Assembly: GCA_903871775.1 (NCBI GenBank)
Contig: CAIQIA010000020.1
Location: forward strand, 26,087 to 90,086
Reading direction: 5' to 3'
DNA length: 64,000 bases
Source: an uncultured cyanobacterium
GTDB taxonomy: Bacteria; Cyanobacteriota; Cyanobacteriia; PCC-6307; Cyanobiaceae
Shown: piece by piece, positions 41,352 to 49,427 of the stretch
Position numbering within the stretch: the stretch's first letter is position 1
How the letters are laid out: every line of letters begins with the position of its first letter
Made by a program: the position numbers and the translations under genes
Notes under the pieces: model-generated
What the model was told of the DNA's origin: nothing
What the model saw: only the letters and a program-made list of their open reading frames with translations
The model's database searches: none

Positions 41352-42839
41352 CTAGCCCTCGAGCAGCTGCCGCACCACCAGTTCGGCCCCCTGGCTGACG
41401 CCGGCCGTGCCCTCCCCGGGATGCAGGGAATCCCCGCACAGCCACAGGCCCGGCAGGGGTGAGCGGTGGGCGAGGCCGAAGGGGCCGAAGCGGTCGGGGC
41501 TCTGGCCCAGGCCACCGACGAAGCCCCACGGCCGGCCCGTCCAGCGGGCGAAGGCCCTGGGGGTGGCCAGCTCCCGATGGCGCCAGGCCCCAGGGGCCAG
41601 GCCCCAGCGCCGCTCGATCGCCGCCACGAAGGCCGCCTCCAGGGTCTGTTTCCTTGCGGCGACCTGTCCGGCATCGAGGTCAAACCAGGGTCGTGCCGGG
41701 GTGAAGAGGCTGGCGATCAGCGTCGCCTGGCCCCGGGGGGCGCGGCCGTCGCCCTCGCTGCTCACCGACAGGAACAGGGAACCGGGATCCTCACCGGCCA
41801 GCTGATGGTGACCGGCCCCATCGATCGGCAGCGCCCCACGCTCGACGGCGCCGTAGAGCACCACTGCCCCGGACGGGTCGCCGAAGCCCGCGATGCGTCG
41901 CGTCAGCGATGGCGGCATCTGTTCCGCCAGCAGGGACGGCAGGGCCTGGGGGGGCAGGGTGCAGATGACCTGGCCGACCGGGAGCGTTTCGGCCTCTCCC
42001 CGGGGACCCTCGAGGTCCAGGATCCAGCCCTGGCCGTGGGGGCGCAGCCGCTGCACCCGGGTGTGCAGCCGCAGCTCGCCGCCCCAGCGCCGCAGGCCCG
42101 CTTCGAGGGCATCGCTGAGGCCCTGCATCGATCCGTGCAGATGCCACAGGCCCAGGGGGCTCTGGCCCATGGCCAGGGTCGTGGCGCCGTAGAGAGCGGC
42201 GGTGCGGTCGGCCGGCAGCTGGGAGTACAGCCGCAGCTGCAGGTCCAGGAACCGCCGCAGGCGGCTCTGGTCCCCCGGCACGGTCCACGCCAGCAGGTCG
42301 GCCACGGTGGCCCCCAGCAGCAGACTGTTGCCGAGGCTGGCCGGGCCCAGGGCGCCGAGGATCCGCCCGAGATCGACGGGCCGGCGTGGCGGCATCGGTG
42401 GCAGCCGCCGGTTGAAGGCCCAGTTGCCACGGTGCAGCTGATCGCAGAGGCTCCAGAACCGCTCGCTGCCCGGGAACTGCTGAAGACGCTCCCGTTGCCA
42501 GGCCGCTGGATCCCGATGCAGCCGCACGGGGGGCAGGCCGTCACCCAGGTCGACCACACAGGCGGGGTCGAGGGGGGTGGCCTCGGGCAGGGGTTGCCCG
42601 AGCAGGTCGAACACCCGCCGATGGCTGCCGCCTGGTTCGAGGCCGGCCACCTGGGTGGCGCCCACGTCAAACGTCCAGGGGCCGCGGCGGAAGGTGCCGG
42701 CGCAGCCGCCGGTCTGATGGTGCGCCTCGAGCAGCACCACCGGCCGACCGTGGCGGGCGAGCAGGGCCGCGGCGGTGAGGCCGGCGATGCCGCCGCCGAT
42801 GACGGCCACCGTGGGGTCGCGGTGGACCAGCTGCGGCAC
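41352..42839 (-). CDS. FAD-dependent oxidoreductase of the phytoene-desaturase family (CrtD-like)
   Basis: VAVIGGGIAGLTAAALLARHGRPVVLLEAHHQTGGCAGTF..FDVGATQVAG. I propose GTG 42839 as the start. The maximal ORF (to 43193) would be a GC-rich N-terminal extension. Confidence 0.75.
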   Translation of the reverse strand: MPQLVHRDPTVAVIGGGIAGLTAAALLARHGRPVVLLEAHHQTGGCAGTFRRGPWTFDVGATQVAGLEPGGSHRRVFDLLGQPLPEATPLDPACVVDLGDGLPPVRLHRDPAAWQRERLQQFPGSERFWSLCDQLHRGNWAFNRRLPPMPPRRPVDLGRILGALGPASLGNSLLLGATVADLLAWTVPGDQSRLRRFLDLQLRLYSQLPADRTAALYGATTLAMGQSPLGLWHLHGSMQGLSDALEAGLRRWGGELRLHTRVQRLRPHGQGWILDLEGPRGEAETLPVGQVICTLPPQALPSLLAEQMPPSLTRRIAGFGDPSGAVVLYGAVERGALPIDGAGHHQLAGEDPGSLFLSVSSEGDGRAPRGQATLIASLFTPARPWFDLDAGQVAARKQTLEAAFVAAIERRWGLAPGAWRHRELATPRAFARWTGRPWGFVGGLGQSPDRFGPFGLAHRSPLPGLWLCGDSLHPGEGTAGVSQGAELVVRQLLEG

Positions 42840-42888
42840 GGACAGGGCTGCGGTTCGGCGGCAGTCTGGAAGCTGCTGGGGCGCCACC

Positions 42889-43677
42889 GTGGCTGCAGGG
42901 GAGGGGATTCCGGGGCTGGGGGAGCGGCGTTGCTTTCTCAAGCGCCTGCCCATGGCCCAGTGGTCGCGCCTGGAGGCCGAGCGCGACGGCCTGCTGGCCC
43001 TTCGTCCCCAGGCCGGCGAGCTGGTGGTGCCCGAGCCCCTGGCGCTGGTCGCCTGGCAGGGGCAGGCGGTGCTGGCGCTGGAGTGGCTCGATCTGGGGAG
43101 GGGCTCACCCCAGGCGTGGAGCCGACTGGGGGCGGCCCTGGCCGCGCTGCACCGGGGTTCGCCCGGCACGGCCTTCGGCTGGGAGCACGACACCTGGATC
43201 GGTGGCGGTCGCCAGCGGGGGGGCTGGCATGACGACTGGGGGGTGTTCTTTGTCCAGCAGCGGCTGGGCGATCAGCTCGAGACCCTGGCGCGGTCAGGCA
43301 TCCGCCTGGCCGTGGGCGACGCCCAGCTGGACCGCCTGGCCCAGCGGCTGGTCGCCCATGACCCCAGCCCCTGCCTTGTGCACGGCGACCTCTGGGCAGG
43401 CAACGCCGGGGTGCTGCACGACGGGCGGCCGACCATTTACGACCCGGCGGTGTCGTACAGCGACCGGGAGGTGGATCTGGCGATGGCGAACCTGTTCGGT
43501 GGCTTCCCGGCCGAGTTCTTTGTGGGGTACGGCTCGGTGTGGCCGCCGCCGGACGGCCACGGCGAGCGGCGCCCGATCTACAACCTGTATCACCTGCTCA
43601 ACCATGCGGTGCTCTTCGGTGAGCCCTACATCGGGCAAGCCGCCAGGACCCTGGAGGAGATACTGGCGGCACCCTGA
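42889..43677 (+). CDS. Fructosamine/ketosamine-3-kinase family protein (start uncertain)
   Basis: CFLKRL..LEAERDGL..PCLVHGDLWAGNAG..IYDPAVSYSDREVDLAM are kinase-fold motifs. The candidate starts are 42775, 42889 (GTG) and an ATG just downstream (at MAQWSRLE). Confidence 0.7.
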   Translation: MAAGEGIPGLGERRCFLKRLPMAQWSRLEAERDGLLALRPQAGELVVPEPLALVAWQGQAVLALEWLDLGRGSPQAWSRLGAALAALHRGSPGTAFGWEHDTWIGGGRQRGGWHDDWGVFFVQQRLGDQLETLARSGIRLAVGDAQLDRLAQRLVAHDPSPCLVHGDLWAGNAGVLHDGRPTIYDPAVSYSDREVDLAMANLFGGFPAEFFVGYGSVWPPPDGHGERRPIYNLYHLLNHAVLFGEPYIGQAARTLEEILAAP

Positions 43678-43699
43678 CGGAGCCCCTGCGGGGTCGGCC

Positions 43700-44080
43700 T
43701 CAGCCGAGGTATTCGCCGCGGAACTTGTTGACCTGCTCGACGAGCTGCTGGCGCTTGCTGCTGGTGGTGAGGTTGTTCCAGCTCCAGGTGCCGACCACGA
43801 CAAGGCCGAGCAGCTCCAGCAGGCCGGGCACCACGGGCAGCAGGTTGATGGTGTCGAGCACGCCCTTGATCAGGATCTGGGCCACGATCACGGCCACGAT
43901 CACGCCGAAGGCCTTGCCGGCCCGGCCCACCTGGGACCAGTCGACACTGTCGAGGGTGCTGTTGACCTTGCCGAGGATCTCGCTGTAGCGCTGTTTGAAG
44001 TCGGAGGCCGCGTCCTGCAGACCCTCGGGCGCTGTTGCCGCCTCCTGCGCGTCGGTGTTCAGATCGGTGGGGTCAGACAT
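43700..44080 (-). CDS. CAAD-domain (CURT1/CurT-like) thylakoid membrane protein
   Basis: An acidic N-terminus is followed by two TM helices (AFGVIVAVIVAQILIKGVL, LLELLGLVVVGTWSW) and an amphipathic C-terminus (KRQQLVEQVNKFRGEYLG). The start is ATG 44080, with an alternative TTG at 44101. Confidence 0.7.
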   Translation of the reverse strand: MSDPTDLNTDAQEAATAPEGLQDAASDFKQRYSEILGKVNSTLDSVDWSQVGRAGKAFGVIVAVIVAQILIKGVLDTINLLPVVPGLLELLGLVVVGTWSWNNLTTSSKRQQLVEQVNKFRGEYLG

Positions 44081-44636
44081 GGAGCCGCTGATGGACGACA
44101 ACTGCGGCCACGGTATCGACTGCAGGCCCGACGCACCACGGCTGCTGGGCCTGGATGGGCATTGGCTGATGGTGCTTGACCGGGACCTTGACAGGGTGCT
44201 CCCCGAGGAGGGGTGTGCCCTGCTGCTGGGGGAACCCAGCGGAGCGGAGACGTGGCGGTTGCGCTGGATCTGGCCCTGCCTGAACCGCTGGACGCCGATG
44301 GCCGAACGCCTGCGGCGGTTTCAGGTTGACCCCGCTGAACTGGTGGCGGCCCAGCGTTGGGCCCGGGATCACCACTGGCAGCTGCTGGGCAGTGCCCACT
44401 CCCATCCCACCGCTGGGGGTGCGCCCTCGGCCTTTGACCTCTCGCTGGCCTGGGAGGGGTGCCTGCTGCTGATCCGCGGGCATGACCCCGCCGAACTGGG
44501 GGCCTGGCTGGTCGGGGCCCCGGGGGAACCACCCCGGGCCGTGGCTTTGGGAGAGTGGGAAGAGACCCCGCCATCCCGGCCTGTCCACGCCCATGCTTCC
44601 TCCCGACACCAGCGGCATCCAGCTGAGCCCGGATGA
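44079..44636 (+). CDS. JAB/MPN (Mov34) metalloprotease-family protein
   Basis: PEEGCALLLGE and the JAMM motif GSAHSHPTAGGAPSAFD. The start is uncertain, with ATGs at 44079, 44091 and 44169. The 3' end overlaps moeB by 44 nt. Confidence 0.7.
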   Translation: MEPLMDDNCGHGIDCRPDAPRLLGLDGHWLMVLDRDLDRVLPEEGCALLLGEPSGAETWRLRWIWPCLNRWTPMAERLRRFQVDPAELVAAQRWARDHHWQLLGSAHSHPTAGGAPSAFDLSLAWEGCLLLIRGHDPAELGAWLVGAPGEPPRAVALGEWEETPPSRPVHAHASSRHQRHPAEPG

Positions 44637-45765
44637 GATCGCCCGCTTCTCAAGGCACCTGATCCTGCCTGAGGTGGGCATGGAGGGTCAGAAGCGCCTC
44701 AAGGCCGCATCGGTGCTCTGTGTGGGCACCGGTGGCCTTGGTTCACCGCTGCTTCTGTATCTGGCGGCCGCTGGGGTGGGTCGCCTCGGCATCGTCGATT
44801 TCGACGTGGTCGACCACAGCAATCTGCAGCGGCAGGTGATCCACGGCACCAGCTGGGTGGGCAAGCCCAAGATCGAATCGGCCCGGGCCCGCATTCTCGA
44901 GATCAACCCTCACTGTCAGGTCGATCTCTACGACACGGCGCTCAGCAGCGAGAACGCCCTCGAGATCATCCGCCCTTACGACATCGTCTGCGACGGCACC
45001 GATAACTTCCCCACCCGCTACCTGGTCAACGACGCCTGCGTGCTGCTGGGCAAGCCGAACGTGTACGGCTCGATCTTTCGCTTTGAGGGGCAGGCGACGG
45101 TGTTCAACCTGGATGCCGCCAGTCCGAACTACCGCGACCTGTTCCCCGAACCGCCGCCGCCGGGCATGGTGCCCTCGTGCGCTGAAGGCGGTGTGGTGGG
45201 GGTGTTGCCCGGCATCATCGGGGTGATCCAGGCCACCGAGGCCGTGAAGATCATCACCGGCATCGGCACCACCCTCAGCGGCCGGCTGCTGCTGTTCGAC
45301 GCGCTGGGCATGAAGTTCCGCGAGCTGAAGCTGCGCCCCAGCCCCGAGCGGCCGGTGATCGACAGGCTGATCGATTACCAGCAGTTCTGCGGCGTGGGCG
45401 GCACGGCCCCGGGTCAGGAGGAGGCCGGGGCGGTCGAGAGCATCAGCGTGGTCGAACTCAAGGCCCTGCTCGATGGCGATCGCAGCGGCCTGGTGCTGCT
45501 GGATGTGCGCAATCCCCCCGAGGCCGAGATCGCCGCCATCCCGGGGGCGGTGCTGGTGCCCCTCGATCAGATCGAAAGTGGCGAAGCGATCGAGCGGGTG
45601 CGCCAGCTGGTCGCCGGCAAGCGGCTGCTGGTGCACTGCAAGCTGGGGGGCCGATCGGCCAAGGCCCTGATCGCCCTCAAGCGCCACGGCATCGACGGCA
45701 CCAATGTCGCCGGCGGCATCAACGCCTGGAGCGAGGAGGTGGATCCGGGGGTGGCGCGGTACTGA
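44593..45765 (+). CDS. moeB: Adenylyltransferase/sulfurtransferase, MoeB/ThiF E1-like domain with a C-terminal rhodanese domain
   Basis: Internal ATG 44593. FSRHLILPEVGMEGQKRLKAASVLCVGTGGLGSPLLLYLAAAGVG is present. The C-terminal part LLDVRNPPE..LLVHCKLGGRSAKA carries the rhodanese active-site Cys. Confidence 0.88.
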   Translation: MLPPDTSGIQLSPDEIARFSRHLILPEVGMEGQKRLKAASVLCVGTGGLGSPLLLYLAAAGVGRLGIVDFDVVDHSNLQRQVIHGTSWVGKPKIESARARILEINPHCQVDLYDTALSSENALEIIRPYDIVCDGTDNFPTRYLVNDACVLLGKPNVYGSIFRFEGQATVFNLDAASPNYRDLFPEPPPPGMVPSCAEGGVVGVLPGIIGVIQATEAVKIITGIGTTLSGRLLLFDALGMKFRELKLRPSPERPVIDRLIDYQQFCGVGGTAPGQEEAGAVESISVVELKALLDGDRSGLVLLDVRNPPEAEIAAIPGAVLVPLDQIESGEAIERVRQLVAGKRLLVHCKLGGRSAKALIALKRHGIDGTNVAGGINAWSEEVDPGVARY

Positions 45766-45768
45766 CCA

Positions 45769-46152
45769 TCAGCGGTAGGGCGCAAGCCCGAAACCTTCGC
45801 CGGCGCTGCGGGATCCCGGGGTGAGGGTGGGGCTGATGGGCATCGGCGCCAGCGGCCGCTCCTGCTGGCTCAGGCGCAGCAGGCGGCCGCAGCCTCCGGC
45901 GGAACTGATCACCGCCTGGATCTGCTCCGGCGCCACGGCGCGGTACCAGTCCTGGGGCCAGCCCTGGCGACGGCCGCGGCTGGCCACGAACTGGTACGAC
46001 TGCTGCTGGGTGGCGAGGCCTGAGGCGTGGAGGCAGTATCCGAGGGCCAGGTCGGTGGCGGGGTCGGCCAGGGCCGCGGGGGTGCCGCCGAGCAGGATCA
46101 GGCCCAGCAGGCCGCCAAGACGCCGAACGGTTGGGGTGGTCATGGGAATCAT
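45769..46152 (-). CDS. Hypothetical exported protein (127 aa)
   Basis: It has a signal-peptide-like N-terminus (RRLGGLLGLILLGGTPAALA). There is an ATGA overlap with the upstream gene. Confidence 0.5.
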   Translation of the reverse strand: MIPMTTPTVRRLGGLLGLILLGGTPAALADPATDLALGYCLHASGLATQQQSYQFVASRGRRQGWPQDWYRAVAPEQIQAVISSAGGCGRLLRLSQQERPLAPMPISPTLTPGSRSAGEGFGLAPYR

Positions 46153-46667
46153 CCGCAGTAACGCTGAAGCAGGTGCAGCACCTGACCGGGCGCGAGCTTG
46201 GCCGTGTAACGGGCCTCGAGTTCCGCCAGCCGCTGCTCGGGGGGATAGGCCCTCAGGGAGGCCAGTTCTTCGGGATGGGTGCGGGCCAGGGTGCGGGCCA
46301 TGGCCGGCTGCAGGTCCGGTCGGGTGAGCGAACCGCCCCGGCAGGCCTGCATCCGGTGGGTGGCCTCATGGGCCAGGGTGTCCCAGACGGCGGCCGGATC
46401 GCCGTGGGCGCGGCAGATCACGATGCGGTCGCTGCCCGAGTGGTAAAGGCCCAGCACGTTGGGCAGGCGGCGGCAGTCGTCCTGCACCACCCGCACCCCC
46501 CGGGCCTCCAGCTGCTCCCGCAGGCTGTCGATCGCCTGCCACGACCCGGCGGTTGGGGTCTGGGCGCTGGCGGTGCCGGCCAGGGCCAGGGCCAGCGGCA
46601 GCAGGCTCAGGGCAGCCGCGTGCCGCAGGACAGTGCGGCGCAGGGAGTGGAAAAAGCCAGGACCCAT
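46149..46667 (-). CDS. Hypothetical exported protein with an HExxH motif (putative small metallopeptidase)
   Basis: It has a signal-like N-terminus (AALSLLPLALALAGTASA), the motif LAHEATHRMQ, and several Cys residues. Confidence 0.55.
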   Translation of the reverse strand: MGPGFFHSLRRTVLRHAAALSLLPLALALAGTASAQTPTAGSWQAIDSLREQLEARGVRVVQDDCRRLPNVLGLYHSGSDRIVICRAHGDPAAVWDTLAHEATHRMQACRGGSLTRPDLQPAMARTLARTHPEELASLRAYPPEQRLAELEARYTAKLAPGQVLHLLQRYCG

Positions 46668-46801
46668 GGCCCCAGGTCGACGGTTCTTTCAGCATGCGCC
46701 GGCGCTCGGTCGCCGTTCAGGGGGGAATACCGGCGGTGACGACCGGCAGCGGCCCACGCAGCTGGCTTTGATCGCCTGAACGTCGTACGTTTGTCCTATG
46801 G

Positions 46802-47002
46802 ATGTCGATGCCGTTTCCCCCCACATACCAGGTCGTGATCCCCTAGCGGGTGCGTGAGCAGTTCGGTCTGGCGCCGGGTCAGAAGTTGCAGGCGATCGCC
46901 CTCCCCGGTCGCATCGAGCTGGTGCCGACCCTCCCCCCTGCCGCACTGCGGGGATTTCTGCAGGGTGAGAACACGTTCGAGCGCGAGCCGGATCGCTTGT
47001 GA
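46802..47002 (+). pseudogene. AbrB/SpoVT-type antitoxin (VapB-like) interrupted by an in-frame TAG
   Basis: Manual translation gives MSMPFPPTYQVVIP, then a stop (TAG at 46844-46846), then RVREQFGLAPGQKLQAIALPGRIELVPTLPPAALRGFLQGENTFEREPDRL. The stop sits where the family normally has K in the (V/I)(V/T)IPK motif. The stop TGA overlaps the downstream GTG (GTGA). Confidence 0.6.
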
Positions 47003-47307
47003 GTGGTGCTCCTGCGGTGGTCGACAGTTCGGGCTGGATCGAGGTGTTCACCGACGGCCCCCAGGCGAATCGCTTCCTTGCTGTGCTGGAGCACGACGAG
47101 CGACTGGTGCTGCGCGACCACAGCGAGGCCCAGGCGATTCAGGCGGTGGCCGCGATGCAACGCGGCAAGGTGGTCGATCTCGATAGCCGGCTGCCGATGG
47201 CAGATAGCATCATCTTGGCCACAGCCCGAAGTCTGCAGGCCCGGTTGTACACGATGGATGCTGATTTTCGGGGCCTCAAGGACGTGGAGTACATCCAGAA
47301 GCACTGA
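46999..47307 (+). CDS. PIN-domain VapC-like toxin, unusually short (102 aa), possibly degenerate
   Basis: VVDSSGWIEVF (first acidic residue), PMADSIILATA and YTMDADF are PIN motifs. The central segment is shorter than typical PIN domains. Confidence 0.55.
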   Translation: MSGAPAVVDSSGWIEVFTDGPQANRFLAVLEHDERLVLRDHSEAQAIQAVAAMQRGKVVDLDSRLPMADSIILATARSLQARLYTMDADFRGLKDVEYIQKH

Positions 47308-47334
47308 TGCTTCTGGCCACCCCTGGGCCAGCCC

Positions 47335-48477
47335 TCAGTAGTCCACCCCGCGCTTGAGGTCGACCCCCCGTTCGGCGTAGTGCTTGTGGCACACCATTTC
47401 TGAATGGATGCTGGCCAGGTCGAAGTAGGCGGGCGGGTGCTTGCAGCGTCCGGTGATGATCACCTCGGTGTCGACGGGCTTGCGCAGCAGGGTCTGCACG
47501 ATCGGCTCCACCGGCAGCAGCTCCAGATCGACCGTCGGGTTGAGTTCATCGAGAATCACCGTCTTGTAGAGGCCGCTGGCGATGGCCGCCCGCGCCACCT
47601 CCCAGGCCCGTTCGGCCTCGACGTAGTCAATGGGTTGCTGCTGGCCCCGCCAGACGATCGCATCGCGGCCCGAACGCAGATGATCGACCAGGTGGGGATA
47701 GCTCTCCCGCAGGGCCGCGATGGCGCTGTCTTCGGTGTAGCCCTTGCCCCCCTTGAGCCACTGCAGGATCAGCACCCGGTGGCTCTTGTCCTGGCTGATC
47801 CCCTTCCCGATGGCCTGCAGCGCCTTGCCGAGGGCACTGGTCGACTTGCCCTTGCCTTCGCCGGTGTAGATCTCGATCCCGTCGACGGCCGATGGGGTCG
47901 CCTCGTCGCGGCGATGGGCGCGCATTTCGGAATGCAGATCGGCAAGCTGCACCAGCCGGCGGGGGGCACCCCGCCCCGTGGCGATCACCTCCAGGCCCGG
48001 AGGCCGTCCGGCCAAAGTCTGCGCCACCTCGTCGATGTCGAGCAGGCCCAGGTCAAGGACGGGGTTGATCTCATCGAGCACCACCACCGAGTAGAGGGCG
48101 CTGGCCAGGGCTCCCCGGGCGATGTCCCAGCCCCGTCGGGCCTCCTGCCGATCGAAGCGGGTGATGCCATCGGTTCCGAAATGCTCGGCCCGGCCGGTGC
48201 GCACCTGATCGATCAGGTGGGGGAATCCCTGCTGCAGGGCCTCGATGGCCGCGTCTTCAGCGTAGGAGCGGCCCGGACCCTTCAGGAACCGCAGCAGCAG
48301 CACCCGGGTGCGCCGGGTCTCGCAGATGCCGAGGCCGATGGTGCGCAGCACCACCCCCAGGGCCGCCTGGCTCTTGCCCTTGCCGTCACCGTCGTAGACG
48401 TGCAGCTGCCCCAGGTTGCGTTCGTCGCCCCTGGCGGCCGTGACGATGCCGATCGAGCGGCCGCTGCTGCTGGTCAT
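47335..48477 (-). CDS. cobO: Cob(I)yrinic acid a,c-diamide adenosyltransferase, tandem-duplicated CobA/CobO/BtuR domains
   Basis: There are two homologous halves, each with a P-loop (DGDGKGKSQAALG and TGEGKGKSTSALG) and LDE(I/L)NP. The C-terminal tail is HSEMVCHKHYAERGVDLKRGVDY. Confidence 0.8.
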   Translation of the reverse strand: MTSSSGRSIGIVTAARGDERNLGQLHVYDGDGKGKSQAALGVVLRTIGLGICETRRTRVLLLRFLKGPGRSYAEDAAIEALQQGFPHLIDQVRTGRAEHFGTDGITRFDRQEARRGWDIARGALASALYSVVVLDEINPVLDLGLLDIDEVAQTLAGRPPGLEVIATGRGAPRRLVQLADLHSEMRAHRRDEATPSAVDGIEIYTGEGKGKSTSALGKALQAIGKGISQDKSHRVLILQWLKGGKGYTEDSAIAALRESYPHLVDHLRSGRDAIVWRGQQQPIDYVEAERAWEVARAAIASGLYKTVILDELNPTVDLELLPVEPIVQTLLRKPVDTEVIITGRCKHPPAYFDLASIHSEMVCHKHYAERGVDLKRGVDY

Positions 48478-48554
48478 CCCGACGGGGCCTGGCCTGGCCG
48501 GCGCATCCTAGTGGCCCTGGATAAGCTGGGATTCAGCAGTCCCCCGGGGCGGTT

Positions 48555-49427
48555 GTGCGCCTCCATCCCCTTGCAGAAACCCTGCCCGTCGAACGGCTGC
48601 GGCAGCTTGAAGCCCTGCGCGGGTTCTGGTCAGGCTGCGGGGCTGGGGTGGTGGTGGCGTATTCCGGCGGTGTGGACAGCACCCTGGTGCTGGCCATCGC
48701 CGTGGAGCAGCTCGGCCCCGGGGCTGTGGCGATCACGGGCGTCTCGCCGGCCCTGGCCCCGGAACTGCTGGAGGAGGCGCGCCATCAGGCCCGCTGGCTG
48801 GGGGCCAGCCATCGGGAGCTGCCCACTGAAGAGCTGGCGGATCCGGCCTATGCCGCCAACCCCGTGGACCGCTGCCACGCCTGCAAGACCGAACTGCACG
48901 GGGGGCTGCGGCGGCTGGTGGGGCCAGGCCCCATGGTGGTGGATGGCGTCAACGTCGATGACCTGGGCGACCACCGTCCCGGCATCGTCGCGGCTCGGGA
49001 GCATGGGGTGCTGTCGCCCCTGGTGGCCTGCGGCATCGACAAGGCCGGCGTCCGGCAGCTGTCGCGGGCCCTCGGGTTCCCGTGGTGGGACAAACCCGCC
49101 CAGCCCTGCCTGGCATCCCGTTTCCCCTATGGCGAGCCGATCACCGCAGACCGGCTGCTGCGGGTGGGGCGCCTTGAAGCGTGGCTCCGCTCCCAGGGGT
49201 GCCGTGAGGTGCGGGTGCGCAGCCAGGGGGAAACCGCCCGGATCGAGATTCCGACCCGGGAGATCCCAGAGTTTCTGGAGCACGTCGACCGTGACCGGCT
49301 GGTGAGCCGGTTCCGCGCGGAGGGGTTCGAGGCCGTAAGCCTCGACCTGGAAGGCCTGGTGAGCGGGAAGCTCAACAGGGCACTCCCCAGGTCGGGTCAT
49401 GGGCCCGTTCAGGCCGGCAGGGGCTGA
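48555..49427 (+). CDS. PP-loop ATP pyrophosphatase, LarE/TIGR00268-like sulfur transferase family
   Basis: [13 protein letters not shown] is the SGGxDS PP-loop. DRCHACK and [11 protein letters not shown] are also present. GTG start. Confidence 0.75.
   Translation: MRLHPLAETLPVERLRQLEALRGFWSGCGAGVVVAYSGGVDSTLVLAIAVEQLGPGAVAITGVSPALAPELLEEARHQARWLGASHRELPTEELADPAYAANPVDRCHACKTELHGGLRRLVGPGPMVVDGVNVDDLGDHRPGIVAAREHGVLSPLVACGIDKAGVRQLSRALGFPWWDKPAQPCLASRFPYGEPITADRLLRVGRLEAWLRSQGCREVRVRSQGETARIEIPTREIPEFLEHVDRDRLVSRFRAEGFEAVSLDLEGLVSGKLNRALPRSGHGPVQAGRG

Noticed and set aside
41466-43232. A 588-aa plus-strand ORF
   Set aside because: It lies antisense to the CrtD-like oxidoreductase. Its composition is nonsense-like.
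47404-49305. A 633-aa plus-strand ORF
   Set aside because: It runs antisense through cobO and out of frame through the larE-like gene. No motifs are present.
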